Shown here: piece after piece, positions 11,028-22,731 of the stretch
How positions within the stretch are numbered: the first letter of the stretch is position 1
How the letters are laid out: each line of letters begins with the position of its first letter
The notes under the pieces: generated by a model
What the model was told of the DNA's origin: nothing
Seen by the model: the letters and a program-made list of their open reading frames with translations, nothing else
Databases searched by the model: none
Assembly (NCBI GenBank): GCA_038087875.1
Contig: JAXLNO010000043.1
Span: forward strand, 124,001-188,000
DNA: 64,000 nt
Direction of reading: 5' to 3'
Origin: Malacoraja senta
Taxonomy: Eukaryota
Program-made: the position numbers and the translations under genes

Positions 11028-14000
11028 CTTTTACAAAATGGCGACGGCGGAAGCAGATTCAAATGACAATGACTCCTTATAGCGAGTCGGCTTCAATTGC
11101 CGACTGTGGTAAATTTCCACCTCAGACGAGGCCTGACCTACCACCCGACGAGGGATCACTGGAGGGTCGCTCCGATTGCGGTGGTCTGCGGCGTTTGGCC
11201 GTTTCTGGCCGTGGAACGATCTTCAGCTGGCAGCCGACGGCTGTCGCCCCTGCGGCCTACACCGCTAGCCGCTAGAACCCTGCACGCTGCCCGGAGAGGA
11301 CGCTGGCGTTGACTGTTCGCCGCTTCTCCGCCTGCCATTCCCCCCCCCCTCTTTTGTAACCTGTCTGTTACCTGTCTGTGCACCATCGACGCTGGACACC
11401 TCCCTGCACCAGCGACGCTGGATCCTCTCTGCACCCGCACCGCTGGACAGCCTCTCTGCACCTGCGCCGCTGGACGGCCTTTGCACCTGCGCTGCTGGAC
11501 GGCCTCTCTGCACCTGCACCTGCTGGACGCCTCGCTGCACCTGCACTGCTGGACGGCCTCTTTGCTCCCTCACTGCTGGACACATCGCTGCACCCGCTCT
11601 ATTGGACGGCTTCTCTGCTCCCTCATCGCTGGATACTCTCTCCACCTGCACCGCTGGACGCCTCTCTGCACCCGCACCGCTGGACGGCCTCTCTGCGCCC
11701 TCGCTGCTGGACACCCCCCTTCGCCTTCTCTGTTGGACACCTCTCTGCGCCCTCACCGCTGGACAACCTCTCTTCAACAATTACATCCCATCCTGCATCC
11801 CAGTCATTAACCATTGGAGTTCTGCGTCGACCCCGTTACATCAACTGAGGCTCTCGACGCAAGCTTGTTTGCTTCGGCCTCGGACATTCCATTGGATCCA
11901 TCTGCTCACTACCACGCTCTGCCCCCCCCCCCCCCTCAACGCGTCAACCACCATCCCCAGCTGACCACAGGCACTGTCAAACTGGGACAACCTCAGATCT
12001 CTCCAGCCTGCCCCCATCCCTCCACCCTCTGACAATGCCAACTTTGCCTTCCTCAACACCCGGTCGCTCAACAACAAAGCCCTTGCCCTCCATGAACTAA
12101 TCCTTGACAACACTCTTGACTTCCTTCTACTCACTGAAATCTGGCAACAACCCAAATGTCTTCTTCTCCCTCAATCAAGCATCCCCACCTGGATGTAATT
12201 ACATCTCCAAACCCCGCCCCTCCCGCCATGGAGTGGCCTCGCTGTTATTTTCAACCCAGAACTTTCCGATCGCTGAACTTCCCCCTCCCCCAGTAGCATC
12301 ATTTGAATTCCTCACCTTCAAAGCCCTTTCCTCCATGACAGTCATCCTCATTTACCGGCCACCTAAACCAACCCCTCCTTCCTATCTGACTTCACTGAAT
12401 TCCTCACACTTGCCTCATCTCTCTCCCACCTCTGCTGCTACTTGGTGACTTAAATATTTATATGGAATCCCCCACCTGCAAGCTCACATCTGAATTCGCT
12501 TTTTTACTTGACAACTTCTCTCTCACTCAGCATGTCACCTTTCCCACTCATGACAAAGGTCACATCCTTGACCTGGTCTGCTCCCTAAATCAACCGGTAC
12601 TCGACCTCCATCCATGCCTCTTCCCCCTCTCTGATCATATGCTTATATGGTTCACCATCCCTTCTCGACACCTCACCCCCGCTTCCTCCGAGAAATCACC
12701 TTCCGTAATCTAAAATCCATCGATCCCCACCATCTCTCTGACTTGCTCTCCACCACTCTCCCCCTGGACTCAACCACATCTCACCCTGATGATCTCACAA
12801 ACCATCTCCACTCCACCTTGTCTACCTCCCTTAACACTCTGCCCCCCTCAAAACAAGAACCGTAACTTTTAACACATCTTCACCTGGTACACACCTGCAC
12901 TTCTTAAGTTGAAACAGACTGGTCGCCGACTTGAACGACTCACAAAGAAATCATCTCTCACAGTCCACCATGAAGCTTACAAACTCCACCTCACTGCCTA
13001 CAAAGATGCCCTCATTTGCTGCAAAAATCTGCCTACCTCTCCTCCATATTCACCGACCCCTGCCTAAACCACAGAACCCTCTTCTCCACAGTGGGCAACC
13101 TCCTCAAGCCTCGAGCCAACACTCTCCCTACCTCTGCTCCGGATCTCTGCAACTCATTCCTCACTTTCTCGCTGACAAAATCAGCACCGTCTATCAATCT
13201 TTATCCCCTGTACCCGACTTACACAGCATCTACTCCACCACCTACCAAGGACCCTCCTTTCAACATCTCCACTGACCTCCTTACCCCTCCTCCACAATGC
13301 TTCCTCTCCCAGTTTGACCCGCTCACCCCAACTGAAATCTCCCAAACTCATCAGATCTTCCAAACCCATACCTGCTCCCTCGACCCTCTCCCCACTCCCC
13401 TGCTGAAGTCCTTCCTCCCCGCTCTCAGCCCCTACCTCACTAATCTCTGCAACTCCTAATTGTCCCAAGGAATTGTCCCATTTGCTTTCAAAACTGCTGC
13501 TGTCACACCAATCTTAAAGAAACCTGGTCTTGATCTCTCCTCTCTCATTAACTACCGCCCTATCTCAAACCTCCCCTTTCTTTCAAAAACCCTGGAGCGT
13601 ATCGTCGCGTCACAACTTCATTCCCACCTCCTCGCTTATAACCTATTCGAACCCCTCCAATCTGGCTATCGCCCCCTCCATAGCACATAAACTGCTCTCC
13701 TGAAAGTTCTCAACGACGTCCTCACCTCTGCTGACACTGGTTCCCTCAACATCCTCATCCTCCTCGACCTGAGTGCAGTCTTCGATACCGTGAACCATAA
13801 CATCCTACTTACCAGACTTAAAGACCTTGGCATTGAAGGTTCTGCACACAGCTGGCTCCGTTCCTACCTTTCCAACCGATCCCACTTCCATCTCTCTCCA
13901 TAACCACACCTCTGCCACAGCCACTGTCACTCAAGGCGTTCCCCAAGGCTCCGTTCTCGGTCCCCTCCTCTTCATCATCTACATCCTCCCCCTTGGTCAT

Positions 14001-15030
14001 ATACTCCGTCACTTCAACCTGGAGTTCCATTGCTATGCTGATGACACCCATATCTCTCTCAGCACAAAGTCCCACAATCACCCCTCTCTCCCATATCAAC
14101 TCCTGCCTGTCAGCCATCAAATCTTGGATGCAACTCAACTTCCTTAAATTAAACAGTAACAAAACAGAATTTCTCCTCATTGGCTCCAGATCAACACTTA
14201 CCAAAATTAACAACCCCACTCCCACTATTGACGGCACCACTGTCTCCCCATCTCCTCAGGCCCGCAACCTTGGCGTGATCTTTGACTCAACCCTCTCCCT
14301 TGAGCCTCACATCCGCCATGTTGTCAAAACATCATTTTTTCACCTCCGCAACATTGCCAAAATCAGACCCTCTCTCACCCCCCCCCCCCCCCCCCGCTGC
14401 TGAAAGACTCATCCATGCCTTCATCTCCGCCCGACTGGACTACTGTAACTCTCTTCTCTTTGGCATTAATTCCAGCAACATCAACCGACTCCAACTGGTC
14501 CAGAATGCAGCCGCCCGACTCATCACCCACACCAAATCCTGGCACCACATCACACCAGTTCTCAAAGAACTTCACTGGCTTCCCATTTCCCACCGGATCA
14601 TCTACAAAATCCTGGTCCTCACCTACAAAGCCCTCAACCACTTGCCCCCCCCTTATCTCACTGACCTCCTCTCCCCCTACCAACCCTCACGGTCCCTCAG
14701 ATCCATATCAGCCGGTCTCCTCTCCATTCCGAAATCCAACCTCTGCACATTTGGAGAGAGAGCCTTCTCCAGGGCAGCTCCCAGGCTCTGGAACTCCCTC
14801 CCACAATTGATCCGAAATTCTGAGTCCCTCACCATCCTCCAGTCCCGCCTCAAGACCCATCTCTTCACCTCTGCATACCATTAGTCCCATGCCCCCCTCC
14901 GCTTTGCATCTCTGTCTTACTGCCCTTTTTTGTTCAATTTTATTTTGTTCTTGACTCTCCATGTAAAGCGACTTTGAGTCCTTGAAAAGCGGTATACAAA
15001 TAAAATGTATATTATTATTATTATTATTAT
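11028..15030 (+). mobile_element. L2-clade LINE, apparently full-length single-ORF type, disrupted (copy A)
   Basis: APE (NTRSLNNK, LTEIW, YRPP, PTHDKGHILDLV, SDH), RT ([31 protein letters not shown]), L2-type C-terminus ([24 protein letters not shown]), 3' GTAAAGCGACTTTGAG...(ATT)n tail; many frameshifts. Confidence 0.9.
11385..11772 (+). repeat. ~27-bp GC-rich minisatellite in the L2 5' UTR (paralog ~31075-31436)
   Basis: Repeated CGCTGGACGGCCTCTCTGCACCYGCAC variants. Confidence 0.85.
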
Positions 15031-16049
15031 ATACAGATGTATAGAACCATAGAAATATGTGCAGGAGTAGGCCATTCGGCCATTCAAGGTGATCATCCAA
15101 AATCATTAACACGTTCCGGCTTTTCCCCATATCCCCTGATTCCCTTAGCCGTAAGAGCTAAATCTAATTCTCTCTTAAACTACAACCGGTTGAAGCCCTG
15201 CAGATGGAGCGAGAAGGAAGATACAGAATGCCGAATATATTTAATTACTTAGAAGATCATGCTGAATATTGTTGGTTATTCCCATCAACCCCTGAATTGT
15301 CCGTGTATTTGTGAGAATGAACAACATTTGCTCAAGCCACTTTGCATAAATCCGTTCTCCGTAGAACTGGACAAGTGCAGTTGGATAATTTGAGTTTTGT
15401 AAAATCACAAAGCAACAAATGTTTGCAAAAATATGATTGAAGTTTGCAGAAGGTCTCGTCTGGAGCGGTGGATGATGCAATGAGACATCCCGCTGGGATC
15501 GCGATGTTGTAAACAATTAAGAGGAGAGGCGTTCAAATATCAGCTTCAGTTTTAAGTTTATTGTTGCATGTCCCAAGCTAAAGTAAAAAGCTTTGTTTTG
15601 CGTGCAATCCAGACACACTAGATATACCATATATATACAGTATTAGTTACAACTCGAGCACATAGAGTAGTGGGTATACTGACTTACATAGAGAATGAGT
15701 TGACATCTGAGGTATTTGCGGCATATATTAGGGCATCTTTCAAAGACAGCTGGACTGCTGCATGGATAGGAATGATTTATAGGGATGTGGGCGAAAGGTG
15801 GATAGGAGTGACTCGTGTAGATGGGGCACATTGGTCGGCATGGGCAAGCTGGGTAGAAATTCCCATTACCATGTTGTAGGATTCGATGATTCTATGAAAA
15901 AAGATAGAGCAACGTGGAAGATGCAGAATACAGAATATAGTTGGCAGCATTGGTGTGTATTTTCGTGCATCAGTTACTTAGACAATTTTCAATATCCGCA
16001 ATGCGGTAGAAGCGAATTGAACTGTACACTCATCTACAGAGGGACAGTT

Positions 16050-17380
16050 CAGAAGCCTCATAATGGAGAAAATAAGCTAATGCTTAATCCGTTGGTGCTC
16101 GCTCTCAAGCTTCTGTTCCTTCTTCAGGTCTTGGGTAGGGGAAAGCAAAACTGACCGGGTCTTAACAAGTCTTTGATTACGTTGGGGCAAATACGAATCG
16201 AACAGTATCCTGGCATAAGGAGGGATCGGGCAGAAGCTCGATAACGATGGAAATAAGCCATTCAGCTGTGATGTGCGCTTTCAACCTTCTGTACATTCTG
16301 GTAGATAAGAGAACAGGCAAGAAGAACTGACCCGATTTAGATATCTTTGATGATGTTGGGTCATTTTTTCCCGAAGAAGCGTGAAGTGTAGATGGAGACA
16401 ATGGTGTGACGTCAGATCTACATGATGGATTGGGTTACCTTTACAACTCTCTCCAAATTCTCCCGGTCTTGTCAGATCTGTATCCAAACCACAATGTAAT
16501 CCAACCGGATAATATGCTTTCTATACTCCATCTCTAGAAGTTGTATACGAATCACTGTAGACATGCCAATTGTCCCAGTCTCCTAATAATGTAGAGACGA
16601 TGGTGTGCCTTCGTGGGTTACACATCAATGTGCCATTGATGCAGATTAGGGCAAATATTCTACATTGCTTCCTGAGGTCAAAAACTATCTGCTTCGGCTT
16701 GCTGAAAGAGGGGTCATTGTCACGACAACATGTCAATAAGTCACTGTCTCCTTCTTGTACTCCGCTCCGCCATTGCCCGTCATTCGACCATTCAGTAGAG
16801 CTACTACTCGTGGAAGCGACCGGGTAAGATCATCTCTGACCCCTCTTACCCTGGCCACAATCTCTTTGAACCACTTCCCTCTGGAAGGAGACTCCGGACT
16901 GTCAAAGCTGTCACAGCCAGGCATAAAACTGTTTTTTCCACGAGTAGTAGTTCTACTCAATAACCAAAAATCTGTAGCCTCCTTTTGCTCTGCTATTTTA
17001 TTTAATTCACATGGTTAAACTATAATATTTTATTATTAATGTTCAATGCTTTATGTGCCATTCCTAACTGTCACTGCATGTAGTTGTCACATGGCGGCGG
17101 AGCACCAAGGCAAATTCCTGGTATGTGAATACTTGGCCAATAAAGTTATTCATTCATTCATTCATTCACAATGATGTCTTCTGCAAATTCATAGCCAATG
17201 CTTAATGTGGCCGTACGGTCGCGAGTGTAAAGGTGGTGCAGTAGCGAACTGAGAACGGATCCTTGCGATGCTCAGTCTTCGAAGTTATTTGTTGAGGAGG
17301 TGTCACTTATCCTTATTAATTATGTGCTGTCGGAGCTAAAATTGAGCATCCGGTGATAGAGCGGGGAGGCGAACCCTCGG
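16050..17380 (-). mobile_element. Degraded Rex1/Babar fragment (-) with a younger + strand LINE 3' end (~16785-17168, (CATT)n tail) nested inside; paralog ~35760-37095
   Basis: AEYKKEIVSLLTRCHDND..SKPKQIVFDLRK on minus, interrupted by a segment ending AATAAAGTTATTCATTCATTCATTC. Confidence 0.55.
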
Positions 17381-19215
17381 TCCAGGAGTATGGAATATAT
17401 CATCTTCCAACCTGCACAGAGTGGAGGATCTCCTCAATTGTTGTTCCTTTGACAGCCTCTTCCACCGCAGATAAATATCACTCCATCTCTGCACCGAAAG
17501 TAAGTGGTTGCGCTGGAAAATATGACAGACGTTCAAAGACAATTAGACTGCCTCATGAATAGGTACGATGTAAATGTGGCCGAAAGGTGGGTGTGAGTGA
17601 CTGGTGCAGAAGGGCACATTGGTCCGCCTGGGCAAGATGGGGTGAAGTCCTTACCTGCCGTAGGACTCGATGACTCTATAACAATAGATAGACCAATGTG
17701 GAAGATACAGAGTGCACATTATAGTTCGCAGGATTGCAGTGCATCAGCTACTGAGACAATGTCTTATATCCGCAATGGGGGAGAAGCGAATTCAAGAGTA
17801 CACTAGTCCAAGGAGGGACCGTTTAGAAAACCTGTAACGAGGAAATGAGTTATTCCTTAATCCGGTGATGCTCACTTTCAAACTTCTGTACGTTGTGCGG
17901 GACTTCAGTCGGGAAAGAAGAACCTGACCGGTCTGGATAGGTCTGATTACGTTCGGTGTTTTTTTTTTTGCAGCGTAAAGTGTAGATGGAGTCAATGGTG
18001 GGACGTCTGGTTTGTGTGATGGATTGGGCGCGGTAATAACTCTGCAAAATCTCGAGGTCTTGGCAGACTTGTTCCCAATCAATCTCTGAGTGAAATCAAC
18101 ATATGCTTTCTACGGTACATCCCGACAAGCTTGTAAGAGTCACTGGAGACATATCAAACTTACACAGTCTCCTCATGAAAGTAGAGACATTGATGTGCCT
18201 CTTGGATGTTGCATCGATGTTCTGCTTAACCAACTGCCCAATGTAGCTGGGATCTGGTCAATCGGCCTTCGTTTCACAGCCACTTGATTGAGTAATAAAT
18301 CTGGACTCTGATTCTACACCGCCTTTCAAAAATATCACCTTCTTAAAAGAGATAGGCCAAGGCTAATACTCTGTGGATCAAGTGCTAGTAAATGTGATTC
18401 TGTAATTCGATAGCATTTACACAGAGAGTTGCTGGGCCTGTTTCTTTGTTGTATGATGATGACTCTGGGTCCAGTCTCTGCACATTTCTCCACATGTGGT
18501 CACCGTCATTAGCTATAGCAGGACTGTACTGCCATTTCCTTGTGTGTCCCAGCTTAGGGAGAGATGAGGACTTTATTCCTTGGAGCTAAGGAAGCTGCAT
18601 GGTGGGAATATCAAGGTGTTTACAAGCATGAGAGGAAAAGGTAGGATGAATGCAGTATTTTACCCATGATGGTGTATCAATAATCAGATCTCATATGTTT
18701 AATGTGAGAGGGGCGGGATTTTGTAGGAACCTGAAGAGATTACTTGACGCAAAGAGGGTGCTGGGAACATGTGACGAACTTTGATAAGATCATGCACTTC
18801 TGACATTACATATATTTCCTCCCTGGACGGATGTCATGTGAGTCTTCTGAGTATATTATGTTTTACTCCAGCATTGCAGAGGCCGGTAATTAAATATGGT
18901 CCGCGATACAGTATCAGTTGTTTGACAATGATCTGTTTCCTGAGCCCACTCTTCACCTTGACTTCGCATTTGTCCAACAGTTCATTTGTGGTTGACCCAT
19001 TCAACACCTTCTTCTTTTATAGCAACACTGTTTGTGTTACAATGACAATCTTCGTCGTCATCATAGTTCGAACATCTCTCTCTGAACATTGTTGTTACTT
19101 ATGTCAGATCATTCGGTTACATGAGGTTGGGCTCGGTTTAATATCGTCACATGTTCCAATGTTCAATGAAAAGCGTGTCCATTCAGTTAAGATATGCCAT
19201 ACATAGATACAATCA

Positions 19216-19415
19216 NNNNNNNNNNNNNNNNNNNNNNNNNNNNNNNNNNNNNNNNNNNNNNNNNNNNNNNNNNNNNNNNNNNNNNNNNNNNNNNNNNNNN
19301 NNNNNNNNNNNNNNNNNNNNNNNNNNNNNNNNNNNNNNNNNNNNNNNNNNNNNNNNNNNNNNNNNNNNNNNNNNNNNNNNNNNNNNNNNNNNNNNNNNNN
19401 NNNNNNNNNNNNNNN
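19216..19415. other. Assembly gap (200 N)
   Basis: Run of N. Confidence 1.
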
Positions 19416-21166
19416 GGGGCGGGAGGTAGAGAGAGGGACGAGGAGGGGGTGGGGTGAGGGGGAGGGAGGGAGGGGGAGGGAGGGAGGGTGGAGGGGAGGG
19501 CTATGGAGGGGGTGGAGTGAGAAAGGCCGGAGGTAGGGATTGAGTGGGGGGGCGGGGTAGAAAGAGGGGGAGGGAGGGAGGGGGAGGGAGGGAGGGAGAG
19601 AGGAAATGGAGGCAGGGGAGCGTAAAGGGGATGGGGAGATTGGGAGTTGAAGGGAAAGGAGGAGGGTGTGAGGGGAAGAAATGCGGAGAGGAGAGGGGGG
19701 AGAGAAGAGACGAATGGGGAGGGAGATGAGAGGGAGAGTGGAGGGAGCGGGATGGGGAGAGGAAGGGGGAGGGAGGGGGGGATGCGGGAGGGAGGGGAGA
19801 GGAAGTGGAAGGTGAGTGGGAATGGAATGTGTTGAGGGGGAATGTGGGGGAATTAAGAGGAGAAAGGGGATGCAGGGGAGGAAGTGGAGGACGGGGAGGT
19901 ACGGGGAGGGGGAGGGAGAGAGAAAGGGGGAAGGAGCGCCAGAGGAGGGGCTGAGGGAGGGGCAGTGGACGGGGGTGAAATTAGCTGAGGAAGGGGCTGA
20001 AAGAAGGGGTGGGCGGGAGGAAGGGAGTATTGAGCGGGGGACAGGGTGAGGGAGAGATGAAGGGGGAGGGGAGAGGAGGAGAAGGGTGGATGAAGGGGGA
20101 GGAGGGGTGCGGAGGAAGGGTAGGGAAGAGAGGGTGGAGGAAGGGGAGGTAACAGGGGTGGAGGAATGGGGGAGGGAGGGAAGGGATGGGTGGAAGTGAG
20201 AGGAAGGGGAGAGAGGGTGGAGGAAGGGAACAGAGAGGTGGATGGTGGGGGAGAGGAAGGGGGAGAGGAAGGGGGTGATGAAGGGGGAGTGAGAGGGGAG
20301 GGAGTGTTGAAGGAAGGAAGGGAGAGGAAGGGAAGAGGAAGGGGACGGTGGAAGGGGAGAGGGAGCGAGTGGAAAAGGAAGAGGGAGGGTGAGGAAGGGG
20401 GAAGTAGGGGAGAGGGAACGGGGAGAGGAAGGGGGAGCAGAGTGTTAGTCATATGTAGCGCCAGAGGGAGGGGCAGCGGGAGGGGTCGAAGGAAGGGGTG
20501 AGGGAGTGGGTGTTGGAAGTGTGATGGAGGAGCAGAGTGAGGGAGAGAGGCAGGGAAGTGTGGGGGAGAGGAAGGGGTAGGGGAGGGGATTTGTTGGGAG
20601 GGGAAGGGGCGTGTGGTGGATGGTGGTGGAAGAGGAGAGGGAGGGGAAGGTGGAAGGTGAGGGAGAGGAAGATGGGGAGGAGGAGAGGAGGAGGATGGAG
20701 GCGCATTGGGAGGGAGATCTGGAGGGAAGTGAGGGCTGACGGAGGGAAGGGATGGGAGAGGAATGGAAGGGAGGGGGAGAGGATGGAGGGGAAGGGGATG
20801 GAGGGGTAGGAAAGGGAGAGAAATGGAAACTGAGGGGGCTGAAGGGAGAGGGTGCTGGAGAGAAGGGGGATCGGGAGGAAGCGAGAGGGAGGCAGGGGAG
20901 ATGGAGGGAAGGAGTGGGAGCGGAAGGAGATGAAGGGTGAAAAAGGAAGGGGAGGAAGACGGGATGGTCCAACTAAGGGGGTTATGAAGTATACGGAAGT
21001 GTGATGGAGGGGTAGAGGGAGAGAGAAAGGGAGGGGTAGAGGGAGGTACAGAGGGAGGGGCAGCGGGTGGGGCAGTGGAAGAGGAGCGGCAGAGGGAGGG
21101 GAAGAGCGAGGGTTAGGCGGAGGGGAAGAGCGAGGGGAGGGGCAAAGTGAGGGGAAGATGGAGGGG
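19416..21166 (+). repeat. Polypurine (G/A-rich) low-complexity tract
   Basis: ~1.75 kb almost entirely G and A, with dense GGG/GGGG runs. Confidence 0.95.
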
Positions 21167-21169
21167 ATG

Positions 21170-21390
21170 TTATTTCTTTGATTATCGGCTTTTTGCATAT
21201 CTTCCAATTATTTTCCTAGTATCATCCTTATCTCTTATTCCCCTCTCCCCTGGCACTCAGTCTGAAGAAAGGTATCGACCCGAACGTCACCCATTGCTTT
21301 TCCCCCGAGATGCTGCCAACCGCTGAGCTACTCTAGATTAATGTGCCTCGCTTCGGTTTAAACCAGCAACTACAGTTTGTTCCTACACTA
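21170..21390 (+). mobile_element. Penelope-like terminal fragment
   Basis: CAGTCTGAAGAAAGGTATCGACCCGAACGTCACCCATT...GAGATGCTGCC and AAACCAGCAAC..CAGTT..TTCCTACAC. Confidence 0.5.
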
Positions 21391-21909
21391 AAAAAAGCTC
21401 ATCTGCTGTCTCTGCATCCAACCCACAACTGCCCGTCTTTATTCCCGTTCAAACCCTTACCTCAAACATACACATTTTTGCTTCAGTTGTCCGACAAACA
21501 GTTGAGATTCCGAGCAGTTATCCAGGAAGAGTGACGGGGGATTCCAGGTTTCTCCTGTAGTCCGAGACCCAGACCCTCAACACACACACGGAATCATCGC
21601 CCAATGGCCAGTAAAAATGGTGAATTTGAAATTAAAAACTTCAGGGAAATCGCAGTAAGCTCCGTCCAAGATAAAACGAGCGCTAGAGCGGATCAACATT
21701 GTCGCCTTCTCGTCCGCGTCCCCGGTGCCCAGACGTCGGCCACAGAAGGGACAATACAATGACTCAGTCCTCTGTGAGTTCCGGAGGAACAGCGATATAA
21801 CGGACACAGGTTTATCCAGTGGGGCGTCTCCACAAACGATCACTGCCCAAACACTGTACAATGAAGTCGCGGACAAATTGTCACCGCTCCGGACTGTGAA
21901 TCAGTCTGC

Positions 21910-22120
21910 CGTAGTTTCAATGGCAATCGCTGGTTTGGGCGGGACTTGCAGCAGCAGGTAAACAACACCGCAGCCTCATTTCCACACAAAGGAAACCTGC
22001 ACCGACCCTCCCAGTAACCTGCCGCCGCTCCCCGTCTCTATTGGCAACCGCCGCCTCAGACAGAGAGTTGGGGGCGGGCGCGGAGTACACCTGGGCTCAC
22101 AACAGAGCCAGTTTAAAAGC
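21910..22120 (+). promoter_or_regulatory. CpG-rich promoter-like element (copy B) with TATA-like TTTAAAA
   Basis: Same motifs as 2230-2440 at +19680. TTTAAAA at 22112-22118 lies just downstream of the GC box (copy A reads TTATTCA). Confidence 0.5.
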
Positions 22121-22434
22121 GAGCTGCAGAACAAAGGGAGCAGGGAGCAGCACAGCACATAAACTGATGCTGGGGACAAAGAACTACAGACGCTGGTTAA
22201 TACACACAAGGACACTGTGAACCAAAGAATACGATACCTATAATCCCCAAACCGAAACCATGGAACTTGGTTCTTGGAATTTAAACTGGATGGGTGATCC
22301 GTGCGCTCCATTCACAGGTGAATCTCAAATCTCAAGAAGGGTCTCGACCCGAAACGTCACTACTCCTTCGCTCCATAGATGCTGCCTCACCCGCTGCGTT
22401 TCTCCAGCATTTTTGTCTACCTTCAAGTTTACTT

Positions 22435-22731
22435 TTGTTTAGTTTAGAGATACAACTGGGAAACAGGCCCTTCGGCCCAACGTGTCCGCGCTGACGAGCG
22501 ATCCCCGTAAACGAACACTATGATACAAACACCAGGAACAATTTACTATTCTATTAAACTAATTAATCTACAAACTTGTTCTGTGCGACTTTGGTGCGTG
22601 GGATGAAATCGGAGCACCTGGACAAAATCCACGCAGGTCACGGGGGGAACATATCAACTCCTAACGGACTGCACCCGTAGTCAGGATCGAACCCAGCAAG
22701 GCAGTAACTCTACCGCGACGCCACCGTGCCG
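22435..22731 (-). mobile_element. tRNA-derived SINE (HE1/V-SINE type), duplicate of 2785-3081
   Basis: Same A/B boxes and tail. Confidence 0.75.

Larger units (their letters stand above)
1811..19215 (+). repeat. Segmental duplication copy A (~17.4 kb)
   Basis: Colinear with 21511-38946 at an offset of ~19.7 kb (e.g. 2281 matches 21961; 19215 matches 38946). The ORF track repeats in parallel. Copy A stops exactly at the N gap. Confidence 0.95.

Noticed and set aside
11156..11964. Overlapping repetitive ORFs, and a possible CRISPR-like array
   Set aside because: A tandem minisatellite with no unique spacers in a LINE UTR; eukaryotic context and no cas genes.
15241..15516. Minus ORF with FYGERIYAKWLEQMLFIL, echoed in other modules, as a possible viral or host gene
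   Set aside because: The similarity reflects DNA homology. Different copies are open in different frames and I recognise no family. Left as a test in the top finding.
19544..21207. Long Pro/Ser- or Gly/Glu/Arg-rich ORFs
   Set aside because: By-products of the polypurine tract.
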